DNA of 64,000 nt from Oopsacas minuta. Its lineage: Eukaryota > Animalia > Porifera. Position 1 is the stretch's first letter, and every line of letters starts with the position of its first letter. This document shows positions 32,601 through 42,668 of the stretch, one piece after another. The translations under genes were made by a program, and so were the position numbers. The notes beneath the pieces were generated by a model, which worked only from the letters and a program-made list of their open reading frames with translations, was not told where the DNA came from and searched no databases. The stretch covers positions 62,001 through 126,000 of the forward strand of contig JAKMXF010000210.1 in assembly GCA_024704765.1 (NCBI GenBank), in the 5' to 3' direction.

Positions 32601-35486
32601 ATGGCGGACGCCAAATACTTCACTACTACGAAGAAGGGAGAGATCGCAGAGCTTCGTATCGAGCTCAGAAGCGACAGAAGGGAGAGAAGAAAGGAAGCTG
32701 TGAAGAAAGTAATAGCTAGTATGACGGTTGGGAAAGATGTTGGATCTCTATTCCCAGATGTAGTGAACTGCATACAGACGGATAATCTTGAGTTGAAAAA
32801 GTTAGTCTATTTATACGTATTGAACTATGCTAAGAGTCAGCCAGACCTCACACTCATGTCTGTAAACACGTTCGTCCGTGACTCAGCTGATCTAAATCCT
32901 CTTATCCGTGCTCTTGCTATTCGTACCATGGGGTGTATTCGTGTAGATAGGATTATTGAGCATATCTGTGAACCGTTACGGAAATGCTTGAAAGATGAAG
33001 ATCCATATGTTAGGAAAACTGCTGCAATTTGTGTAGCAAAGCTGAATGATATGAATCCGAGTCTAGTTGAGGATCAAGGGTTCTTAGATCTGCTCAAAGA
33101 TCTGTTAGCTGATCCTAATCCAATGGTTGTAGCAAATTCTGTAGCAGCTCTTAGCGAGATATCAGATTGCTCTCCCACTGCGGCTGAAGCAACTAAACTA
33201 GATTATGCGACTATTAGCAAGCTACTCGCTGCTCTTAACGAGTGCACTGAATGGGGGCAAGTGTTCATTTTGGATGCTGTAGCACAATTCGAACCTCAAG
33301 ATGGGCAGGAAGCGCAGAGCATTTGCGAGAGAGTTGTCCCGCGTCTCGCTCATGGAAATGCAGCTGTTGTACTATCAGCTGTTAAATGTCTAATGAAGTA
33401 CTTTGAACTTATCCCAGATGATTCAGAATACAAAGATGCAGTACTCAATAAATTAGCTCCTCCCCTCGTTACCCTCCTATCCGCTGAACCTGAGCTACAA
33501 TACGTAGCTCTAAGGAATATTAACCTTATTGTACAACGCAAACCTGAGATAATGAAGCAGGAGATTAAAGTATTCTTTGTCAAATATAACGATCCAATAT
33601 ACGTCAAACTTGAGAAGCTTGATATTATGATACGTTTAACATCTGTAGAGAATATAGTACAAGTATTGTCTGAATTGAAAGAGTATGCTTCTGAAGTTGA
33701 TGTAGATTTTGTCAGGAAATCAGTACGTGCTATTGGACGCTGTGCTATTAAAGTGGATTCATCAGCTGAGAGGTGTGTCCGTACTCTATTAGACCTAATA
33801 CAAACTAAAGTAAGTTATGTAGTACAAGAGGCTGTTATTGTGATTAGAGATATATTCAGGAAATACCCTAATCAGTATGAGGAGGTTATTGACCCTCTGT
33901 GTAAGAATCTTGATAATCTAGACGAGCCTGAGGCAAGAGCTAGCATGATATGGATAATCGGTGAGTATGGAGAGCGTATTGATAATAGCGCAGAGATTCT
34001 TTCTACGTTTGTGGACGGATTTCAAGAAGAAAGCACTCAAGTTCAGCTACAACTCTTGACTTCTGTTGTTAAACTATTCCTCAAACATCCTACTGACACC
34101 CAGGACCTGGTACAGAAGGTTCTTAACCTAGCTACACAGGAGAGTGATAATCCAGATCTACGGGATAGAGGATATATTTACTGGAGACTATTATCAACTG
34201 ATCCTGTTGCTGCTAAGAACGTAGTGCTAGCTGAAAAGCCACTAATATCGGAGGAGACTGATCTACTCGAGCCTGCTATGCTAAGAGAGCTACTAGCTCA
34301 GATAGCTACTCTCTCTTCTGTCTACCACAAGCCTCCTAACTCATTTATAGATGGGAGAGTTCCCTTACGACAACTTAAGAACCCTGTTCTAGAAGAGATA
34401 ACTGCTGTACCTCCTGAATTACAAAACGAAGATTCTTTAGTTCCTGAAACTGAGAGTCAGACAAGTGAGGATGTTCAGAATCCCAGTGAAACCATTACCC
34501 CACAGGTACCAGAGGACAATCTCCTTGGAGACCTGCTCTCCCTGGATCTCTCCAGTCCACTAGTACTGGGAGGGATGAACACGTTTGATATCGGCGGATC
34601 TTCTCAGAGAACAATGATACAATCAGGAGGTGATCTCCTCGGAGACTTAGGGGGTATAATGTTTGACCCTGTCCTTCCTAATCTCACTCAAACTACTCAG
34701 AATATTCAAAATGTACCAATGGGTACAACAGATGTAGGATTTGACATATTTAACCAGTACTCAACCCCTGTTCTAAATCCTTTCCAATTGATATTACCGA
34801 AACAAGTTGTACTACCTGCCGCAAAAGGAAAGGGATTAGAAGTATCTGTTACATTTGCTCGGCGTAACAAAGATATTTACATGGACTTAACGCTATTCAA
34901 CAAAGCCCTGCTCCCTCTGAAAGAATTCGCGATAAAGTTTAATAAAAATAGTTTCGCACTCGCACCAGCTGGTCAACTGAACATAGTAACTGCTCTACAG
35001 CCGAATAAGAGCATTGACGTATCATTAGCTGTGAATAATACTAATCCTGTAGAGAAGATGGAACCTCTTAATAAACTAGATGTTGCTATTAAGACAGAAA
35101 TAGCAACGCATATATTCACTTGTTTTGTTCCTTACCATGTGTTATTCAGTGAAGATGGTAAATTAGATCCTAAAACTTATCTCGAGGCTTGGAAACAAAT
35201 CCCAGATGCAAATGAGAGTGTGTGTACCATCGATACTAGTCTTGATTCGCAGGGAATTATAGCACGCTTAGAAGCTAACAATATCTTCAATACTACAGTC
35301 AAGTCAATTGAGGGCCAGGAGCTTTTATACATGACCAATAAATTCATGAACAACTTGTGGGTACTCAGTGAAATAAAGATTTCTAACCAATTCCCAGTAA
35401 CTTCTGTGCTAATCTCAATGAAGAGTCGGACTATGGAGGTGGTACCTGGTGTATTTGACTCTGTGAGGGCCATGCTAGCTACCTAA
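32601..35486 (+). CDS. AP2B1: Clathrin adaptor AP-1/AP-2 beta subunit, intronless, 961 aa
   Basis: KYFTTTKKGEIAEL, VKKVIASMTVGKDV, DNPDLRDRGYIYWRLL, hinge with clathrin-box-like LLSLD, two appendage domains. Confidence 0.95.
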   Translation: MADAKYFTTTKKGEIAELRIELRSDRRERRKEAVKKVIASMTVGKDVGSLFPDVVNCIQTDNLELKKLVYLYVLNYAKSQPDLTLMSVNTFVRDSADLNPLIRALAIRTMGCIRVDRIIEHICEPLRKCLKDEDPYVRKTAAICVAKLNDMNPSLVEDQGFLDLLKDLLADPNPMVVANSVAALSEISDCSPTAAEATKLDYATISKLLAALNECTEWGQVFILDAVAQFEPQDGQEAQSICERVVPRLAHGNAAVVLSAVKCLMKYFELIPDDSEYKDAVLNKLAPPLVTLLSAEPELQYVALRNINLIVQRKPEIMKQEIKVFFVKYNDPIYVKLEKLDIMIRLTSVENIVQVLSELKEYASEVDVDFVRKSVRAIGRCAIKVDSSAERCVRTLLDLIQTKVSYVVQEAVIVIRDIFRKYPNQYEEVIDPLCKNLDNLDEPEARASMIWIIGEYGERIDNSAEILSTFVDGFQEESTQVQLQLLTSVVKLFLKHPTDTQDLVQKVLNLATQESDNPDLRDRGYIYWRLLSTDPVAAKNVVLAEKPLISEETDLLEPAMLRELLAQIATLSSVYHKPPNSFIDGRVPLRQLKNPVLEEITAVPPELQNEDSLVPETESQTSEDVQNPSETITPQVPEDNLLGDLLSLDLSSPLVLGGMNTFDIGGSSQRTMIQSGGDLLGDLGGIMFDPVLPNLTQTTQNIQNVPMGTTDVGFDIFNQYSTPVLNPFQLILPKQVVLPAAKGKGLEVSVTFARRNKDIYMDLTLFNKALLPLKEFAIKFNKNSFALAPAGQLNIVTALQPNKSIDVSLAVNNTNPVEKMEPLNKLDVAIKTEIATHIFTCFVPYHVLFSEDGKLDPKTYLEAWKQIPDANESVCTIDTSLDSQGIIARLEANNIFNTTVKSIEGQELLYMTNKFMNNLWVLSEIKISNQFPVTSVLISMKSRTMEVVPGVFDSVRAMLAT

Positions 35487-36313
35487 CTATTTGCACTATA
35501 CATAACTGACACGTAGTATTAGATTAAAATGCGTTATCAGTACATTCTAACTAGCGCAGATATTTGTATGTATATCTTATTATTGAGTGAGATTAGGCTT
35601 GTATACCTTGTTTGTTTGTTTGAACAATAGGCTAGACTATGTATTAAATCCCATACTATTTAACATTTTGACTCCACTACTCTCTAAGCTGTAATTTAGA
35701 AGATCTTGCTCATTTCAAATCAGTAATAGATTACATGTGCAGTGATGTTTGTCATAATAAGAGGTGGAGGGCCGCTCCTTGTTAAATTTAAGCCTTTCTT
35801 AGAAAAGGCGTTTGAAAATGGCCTCAGTAATGAAGTAGGGGGCTCCCTCTCCAAAACACCACTGGTAGTGCGGATATTGGTATTAAGTTGTACTTTTACT
35901 GATATGTATGTGTAATCTCATAGCCACTTATGTAATACGTATTATTAGTTTGTGCCAACTTTTGATTGCTAGCTTTTTGTCCAAACTTAATTTTGTCGCT
36001 AATTAGTTGAGTCATGAACTAGGCTACGGTTGTGCACTTGAGTTGTGGCAAGATTAATTGCTGTATTTTGGTAAATAAATTGAAACATTTACAATGACTT
36101 ATGAATGTTAGAATTTCATACTTCCCCACTGACAAGCAAATTCTGGTTTGGCCAGATTGCTGCCAACATACATCAAAGTTTTCATTACTCTAATATGTGT
36201 GATATTGTAATTACGATAATTTTTGCTGAGTATATTTGAATATTAAGTTACATTACAGTTTTCTGAATAGGTCTTATAAATTAAATCGAGGCTAAATTAT
36301 CTATTTATTTAAT

Positions 36314-38374
36314 ATGGCTAATAATTTTGGTTTCTATGATGCTGTAGTTCCTACTTGGGAAAATCCTATACAAATAGGAGATGGACCATACGGGTATGTA
36401 GTTCGTTTCACCCCTAGGGACTCAAGTGCTACACCTATAGCTGCTAAGGTATTTCATGCTAATAACGCAAGCTCTGATTATTCAGTTGAGTGTCACTACG
36501 AGAAAAAACTTCTCCAACAACTCAACCATCCAAACATCGTCAAATGCATCTTGGGTCCACCTGATTTGGTCAAGTTGTACCCTAAATCTTCTCTCATGTT
36601 TATGGAGTATTGTGACCTAGGTAATTTACGGAATTTACTTGAGGAGAGCTCTAATGCATTCGGTGCTCATCAATCAGTTGTAATGAATTTCTTGAATCAC
36701 ATATCCAATGGGATTAACTATTTACATTCTAAGCAGATAATACATAGAAACATTAAACCAGAGAATATTCTCCTTCAGCATAAAACTCCTAATGAAGTAA
36801 TTTATAAACTAGGGGATTTCGGCTATGCAAGGCAATTCTCTATTACTAGCATATTCAAATCTTTCATTGGAACTTTTCAGTATCTATCTCCTGAAGTACT
36901 TAGTAATGTAAATCAAGAGAAATTATCTGGTAAAATAGTCTTACCAAACAGCACCGTAGATCTGTGGGCTTTTGGCGTAACAGCTTTTGAAGTTATCACA
37001 GGATCACGTCCTTTTATGATTGACCTTGTAGGACCAGAATGGGCTAAACATATTGAAAATAAGCAGAATAATGTAATTCATATTTATATTGGTGAAACTA
37101 AGCAACTTGTGTGTTCTACTATTATACCACAACCTCATAGACTATCTTGTATTCTTTCTGAGCATTTAACAACCTGGTTGAGACTCTTGCTTGATTGTAA
37201 CGCAGAAACACGAGGCGGTCGTGACCCTAGAACACAAAACAAAAGTGTTTGGTACTCTATGTTGGAATCAATATTGAGTACTCGTGTCATCAACTTCGTG
37301 ATGTTGCATCAGTGGGTGATAAATCCTATTCAATTTTCGCAAGAGGACAGTCTAGTTTCAATTCTGGATCTATTCTCTACCAATTTTGGTAATCCGAATA
37401 GCTTTCTATTATTACGTGAAGATGGTAAGACTATCAATCAGTTAGGAGCGGATGAAACTCTGTGCAGATATCATAATGAAGGTTATTTGTTCATATTCCC
37501 ATTTCTAACGAAAGGCATGCCTAAAATACTGGAATTTTTCCTTTCAATGGAAATACAACAAATTTTGAGGGATGGATTCAATTCTACAAATAAAAGAAAA
37601 GTTGTTCTACAAATCAAGCAAGTTATTTCCTTGATCTTACAAATTTTATCTGAATATGAAACGTTCTTTAGAGGGGCATTGGCAGTGACAAATTATTTGA
37701 AACTTTCAATTGAAAAACTCAAAGTTTATCTTAAAAAAATTGCGTTTCTAAGTGCGTCTCTCAGCGCAAAAGATATTTTTATACCAAACTCAACAATTGA
37801 TTCTACGCTATCCAAACTGCAAGGAATGTCCTTGATGCCTCAGTATAGGAATATGATCGACAAGGTAAGCTCTATTACCCAGAAATGGGAAGAATTGAAG
37901 CAAATTTGTTTAACTACCATGCCTGAAGTAAAAGCGATTGAGGACCTATGTCAAGACGCAGAACAACAAATATCCAAAGTAGAGAATATCTTAGAGCAAT
38001 ATCCATGTCAAGTTTATCTATCTGAGCTAGAATCAAGACGAATAGCTATTCAATCTTTAACGGGTATAACAATTGAAATGATTGAGAAAGTTGGTTATAC
38101 GAATGGTGTAAGGATTAATAATATAATCGATGAAGAAATCAAATTTTTAAAAGAAAAACCTTTGCAATTAAATTCGCTAATTTCTTCAATCTGTTCTTTA
38201 CCCAATATCTTAATGAGTTATGAGGTTGAGCTGAATAGGGCCTGCACACTAATGAACCAAGATTTCATATCTGGAATATCGAAGAACTCTACAGGAGCAA
38301 TTGAGGAGCTAGCCTTCTTAATTGAGAGTACTCTGAACATTTCTGAATTCAAGGATCACGATAAAACCTGGTAA
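36314..38374 (+). CDS. IKK-like protein, predicted pseudokinase (HRN in place of HRD)
   Basis: GDGPYG, IAAK, HRNIKPENILL, DFG, SIFKSFIGTFQYLSPE, TVDLWAFG, RPF, WLRLLL...RGG; ubiquitin-like and helical regions follow. Confidence 0.8.
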   Translation: MANNFGFYDAVVPTWENPIQIGDGPYGYVVRFTPRDSSATPIAAKVFHANNASSDYSVECHYEKKLLQQLNHPNIVKCILGPPDLVKLYPKSSLMFMEYCDLGNLRNLLEESSNAFGAHQSVVMNFLNHISNGINYLHSKQIIHRNIKPENILLQHKTPNEVIYKLGDFGYARQFSITSIFKSFIGTFQYLSPEVLSNVNQEKLSGKIVLPNSTVDLWAFGVTAFEVITGSRPFMIDLVGPEWAKHIENKQNNVIHIYIGETKQLVCSTIIPQPHRLSCILSEHLTTWLRLLLDCNAETRGGRDPRTQNKSVWYSMLESILSTRVINFVMLHQWVINPIQFSQEDSLVSILDLFSTNFGNPNSFLLLREDGKTINQLGADETLCRYHNEGYLFIFPFLTKGMPKILEFFLSMEIQQILRDGFNSTNKRKVVLQIKQVISLILQILSEYETFFRGALAVTNYLKLSIEKLKVYLKKIAFLSASLSAKDIFIPNSTIDSTLSKLQGMSLMPQYRNMIDKVSSITQKWEELKQICLTTMPEVKAIEDLCQDAEQQISKVENILEQYPCQVYLSELESRRIAIQSLTGITIEMIEKVGYTNGVRINNIIDEEIKFLKEKPLQLNSLISSICSLPNILMSYEVELNRACTLMNQDFISGISKNSTGAIEELAFLIESTLNISEFKDHDKTW

Positions 38375-38692
38375 TCTTCAATCAGGTTACAATTAGTCTA
38401 TCAGTTCTTCACAATTGTATATTAGTTTTCAACATATAGTCCTTGCTGATATACATAAGTGTCAGTTGATGTTATATTGTAGGAAATGATTTTTTGAAAC
38501 CTTTCTGGGTTACTAATAAATTTTGATATTTTTATGCAAACTGATTATTTGATTGATAATTTATAGAAATTATGGCTGTGTGGCGTTCCGCTAACATTTT
38601 AAAATTTCCCACTTTTTCGCTGATACAATTTCAAATTATTTTCAAATATGTTGTGAATTGCTCTTACTCCCTGAAGATCCATTAGTTATTGA

Positions 38693-39535
38693 ATGGCATC
38701 TAACAAAGGTGAGGTCCAAGAACCGATCAATGAATCGCTAGACTACGGAAATTGGAAATTTTTATCTCGAAAGAGTCACATTTTGAATTCTAAATGCACG
38801 AGTAACTCTCAATGCGAATCAGTCCCTGTAACAACATCTGAGACAGATAAGCGGAGACTATATTGTGATCATTGTTGCTTTGCGAAACTCCTAGAATTGC
38901 CTGAGTTACCAGAAATGTGTTTCCCTCAGAGCTTTTTGATTATTGAGCATTGCTCTGGAGTTAGGATTTGTTTCGCGGCTTTTGACGCTCTACAATTAGT
39001 AGATGCACATAATGACAAGTTGAAGGTACAAATGGCGGAAAAATGGAAAGAGGAGAGGTCGAATACACAAGGAGTAGGGGATGTAGTGCACCCATTCGAT
39101 TGGACATACACGACAGAATACACAGGGACAATTGTTCCAAATCCTCCACATTCTATCAAGATTGAACTGACAGAGGAGCAGATTAATTTGGAAAAACTAA
39201 AGCAACAGGAGAAAATATTATTTTATAACGATATTATATTGTTTGAAGATGAATTAGCCGATAACGGTGTATCGATTTTAAGGGTTAAAATTCGCGTTAT
39301 GACCAGCTGTTTCTTCATATTATTGCGGCAGTTCTTACGAGTTGATGGTGTACTTATTCGAGTAAATGAGGCAAGATATTATCACGAGAAAGACAGTAAA
39401 TATATACTTAGAGAAATATCTTGTAGGGAAGGTGCTACTAAAGATATCCACCCAACATTACACACACAACAAGATGAAGTAGCGAGAATATTGCCAGTCA
39501 AGCTTCTTAAAATGGAGAAATTAATGTTACCATGA
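38693..39535 (+). CDS. TIPRL: TIP41-like PP2A regulator
   Basis: LPELPEM.F, HPFDWTYTTEY, LFEDELADNG, FLRVDGV. Confidence 0.95.
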   Translation: MASNKGEVQEPINESLDYGNWKFLSRKSHILNSKCTSNSQCESVPVTTSETDKRRLYCDHCCFAKLLELPELPEMCFPQSFLIIEHCSGVRICFAAFDALQLVDAHNDKLKVQMAEKWKEERSNTQGVGDVVHPFDWTYTTEYTGTIVPNPPHSIKIELTEEQINLEKLKQQEKILFYNDIILFEDELADNGVSILRVKIRVMTSCFFILLRQFLRVDGVLIRVNEARYYHEKDSKYILREISCREGATKDIHPTLHTQQDEVARILPVKLLKMEKLMLP

Positions 39536-39694
39536 TTATTATGTTTTGCTAACCCAGCTGATTTGTTTTACTCGTATTATTTAGGACTTGATTCGTTGCG
39601 TTGAATTGCATTTTAACTTCTGTAATTGTATCTCTTTTTTTGCTAGAATTTATTGTAATCTAATTTATAATATTTCCATTGTGTTAGTTTCATT

Positions 39695-41965
39695 ATGTCA
39701 GACATTCCATTGTTGCCTCATAATTACCCTGACACGAGGCATTTAAGTGGTCCACAGGGTATCCATTCCAGCGAACACTCAATGTGGGTAGAGAAGCGCC
39801 ATCTGGGTCAGGGTACCTTTGGACGAGTGTCCCTCTGGGTGCGGATAAACGATGAAACACAGGAGATGGCAATAAAATTCTATGACAAAAACGTTGATCA
39901 TTCTACTCTGGTGAGGAGCTTGAAAGAAGAACAGCTCCTCCAGCAAACCAATCATCCAAACATTGTACGTTATCTTAAGCAACCACCCGACTTTATCAGC
40001 CCTCAAGCTTACACAAGCTGTGGTATAATCTGCATGGAGTATTGTAATAGAGGAGATCTCCGTAAGATGATTAGACAAAGTGAAAACATTTTCGGAGCTT
40101 CACAGAATATAGTTCTGTTATTTCTGAGTAATATTTCATCAGCTCTGCAATATTTACACACTCAGAATATTATACATAGAGATATTAAGCCAGAGAATAT
40201 CCTGCTTAAATCTGAATCTCAGAACTCCGTTGCCTTCAAACTTGTTGACTTAGGTTTCGCAACACAATATTCAAATCAGAGTAATTTCCCATCTTTTGTT
40301 GGAACAATGCAATATTTCCCTCCTGAGATGGTAGTTAGAATGTCAGGTACTACCGTTGATGATAGTGCTTCTCCAAACAGTACAGTTGATCTGTGGGCTT
40401 TTGGGATTGTTGTATTTGAGCTGATTTGTGGGACACGTCCGTTCGTGCCTAGCTTGGCAGGATTTGAATGGTTACAACTTGTTAAGAAAAAGGAGAAAGA
40501 GCATATTTGTATTTACAAGGACAAAGAAGGAGAGATTTGTTACTCAACTGATTTACTACTACCTAATCAGCTGGATGAACCGTATGCTCGTGCTATCGCT
40601 GAATGGTTAACTTTATTACTAGATAAAGATCCAATGACTAGAGGTGGTAGAGATAAAGCTAGAAATATAACCGAATCCATATGGCCTATTCGTTTGCAAC
40701 AAATTCTATCTACATGTTATATCAAGGTAGCGATTGCCCACGAACTCAGAAGTAAGTATTATGATTGTGTTCCTGGTCTTAAAATCAGTACTTTTATTCA
40801 GCGTATTAGTAGAGAAACAGGCAATCCAGATAATCTAATTATTCTCTGTCATGACGGTCGTATTTTGGATCCTGAAGGGGTTATTGATCAATGTCTAACT
40901 AACAAACACACAGGGGAGTTATACATTCTCCCGAATGCGTACTCGGGGCGACCTCCTCCTATAGACTTAGCAACGCCCCTTCATGTAATGACCTTGTTAG
41001 ATCAGAATTTCTCTGCCATGGATTCTGCACAATTTAGTTTTATAGTTAATCCTGTATTTCAATTTGTGTATAAACGTTATCAGGAGGTGATGACCTTCTT
41101 GAAGGCAGGTGCGTCTCTCCAGCGGTACATAGAAGAGCACCTGAAGGAGATGAGTGATCTCGAGCATAATCTACGCATTTCCACTGAAACTATTTACTCT
41201 AGATGTTCCTTCATTCAGGAGAATATTCTAGAATATATATTAAAGGAAATGGAAAGTTTCTTACGTAAAGCTGAATGTCCTGAACAAACAGCAGGTATCC
41301 AAGCTTCTATTCGTCAGTGGTACGAGCTTAAAACAGTGATAAACTCAATTCTCCCTGAAGTACACTCTATCGACACTGATCATTGTAAATCTGCAGCTGA
41401 AACGATTATTCAGGCAAAGAATTTAATGACAGAACATCCATGTCAAGCTTATATAAAAGAGCTACAAATGCGGTTTTTGCACCTACAGAGTGTGGTGCGT
41501 CTATTAATGGACATGTCAGATCGTTCATATTACGCTAATGGGACTAGATTAGCTAGCGATATTAATGATTTTATAGATTTCATAAATGCTAGGTTTATAG
41601 AGATGCAAGCATACTTTCTAGAGTGTATCACTCTCTACAATACTATCAACGAGCATCGTTATGTTTTTAATCGTAACATAGGCCTGATTGAGAAAGATTT
41701 CCTCTGTCATCTTAACGATAAATTCGTCAGAGCCTTTACATTGGCGTTTCAGTCTGTTTATAGACGTGGTGCTAAACTGAATTCTTTCGAATCTCCGCAC
41801 AATAGCATAGATACAGAACAGGAAGTTTCTCTTAGTGATACGATGAGTAGTTTGGAAGAAACTTGCAATCAATGTGAAAAGTTCTTTAATGAAATACATT
41901 CAATTCGCCTCGAGTTAGCTGACCCGAAGGATCAAACAATGAAAATGAATAATCCTTATCCATAG
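39695..41965 (+). CDS. IKK-like serine/threonine kinase with intact catalytic motifs
   Basis: LGQGTFG, MAIK, CMEYCNRGDLR, HRDIKPENILL, DLG, SNFPSFVGTMQY, TVDLWAFG, ubiquitin-like domain, helical stalk. Confidence 0.85.
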   Translation: MSDIPLLPHNYPDTRHLSGPQGIHSSEHSMWVEKRHLGQGTFGRVSLWVRINDETQEMAIKFYDKNVDHSTLVRSLKEEQLLQQTNHPNIVRYLKQPPDFISPQAYTSCGIICMEYCNRGDLRKMIRQSENIFGASQNIVLLFLSNISSALQYLHTQNIIHRDIKPENILLKSESQNSVAFKLVDLGFATQYSNQSNFPSFVGTMQYFPPEMVVRMSGTTVDDSASPNSTVDLWAFGIVVFELICGTRPFVPSLAGFEWLQLVKKKEKEHICIYKDKEGEICYSTDLLLPNQLDEPYARAIAEWLTLLLDKDPMTRGGRDKARNITESIWPIRLQQILSTCYIKVAIAHELRSKYYDCVPGLKISTFIQRISRETGNPDNLIILCHDGRILDPEGVIDQCLTNKHTGELYILPNAYSGRPPPIDLATPLHVMTLLDQNFSAMDSAQFSFIVNPVFQFVYKRYQEVMTFLKAGASLQRYIEEHLKEMSDLEHNLRISTETIYSRCSFIQENILEYILKEMESFLRKAECPEQTAGIQASIRQWYELKTVINSILPEVHSIDTDHCKSAAETIIQAKNLMTEHPCQAYIKELQMRFLHLQSVVRLLMDMSDRSYYANGTRLASDINDFIDFINARFIEMQAYFLECITLYNTINEHRYVFNRNIGLIEKDFLCHLNDKFVRAFTLAFQSVYRRGAKLNSFESPHNSIDTEQEVSLSDTMSSLEETCNQCEKFFNEIHSIRLELADPKDQTMKMNNPYP

Positions 41966-42668
41966 CTGAAATAGGATAATGTATGTATAAAATATCTGCT
42001 CTGTCTGTCTTTTTGATAATTATGGATTATCCTTTTTGACGCTCACTAGTATATTAATTATATAATTTCTCATTGTAATGCCATGTTTTGTTTAGAGCTA
42101 GCTAGCGGGGGGAACGACTATAATTGAAAATATTGGGCCTGAGTCCATGTAATTATGTGGAGGTGACCCCTAAAGGTCTAATTAGAATGACTGATTGGTA
42201 TGGCTGATGTCATCATGTACCACGATATTTGGATTTCTTATTATTTACCAAAGCCACTTCTAATTCGTTCATTACAACTCAATTATATTTATCTAGTATA
42301 CGTATATATGTATACGTAATCTATAATTAAAATTATCTACTGATGAAAATTTAATTGTGCTACTTTCCTTACATGGCAATATATCAAACCGCTTCTTATT
42401 CTGATATTAGTAGTTTATACCATATATGGAGGTATACTGAAATAGCACTCTATCTTGTACATTGTGTGTGTGTATAAGGGTTTGTCCAAGTATGGTAAGT
42501 TACAAAATATCAGTGTCATTTGCATTGTTCTTCTTTCCCTTTTATGGTATGAAACCCCTGTCTTATAATTTAGTGAATCCACCCTGTTCCTATAAATTCG
42601 AAAGATTCTATTATTTCTATAAACATTTACATACTGCAACTGCCTTTGAAATTTTATAATAAGCATTG

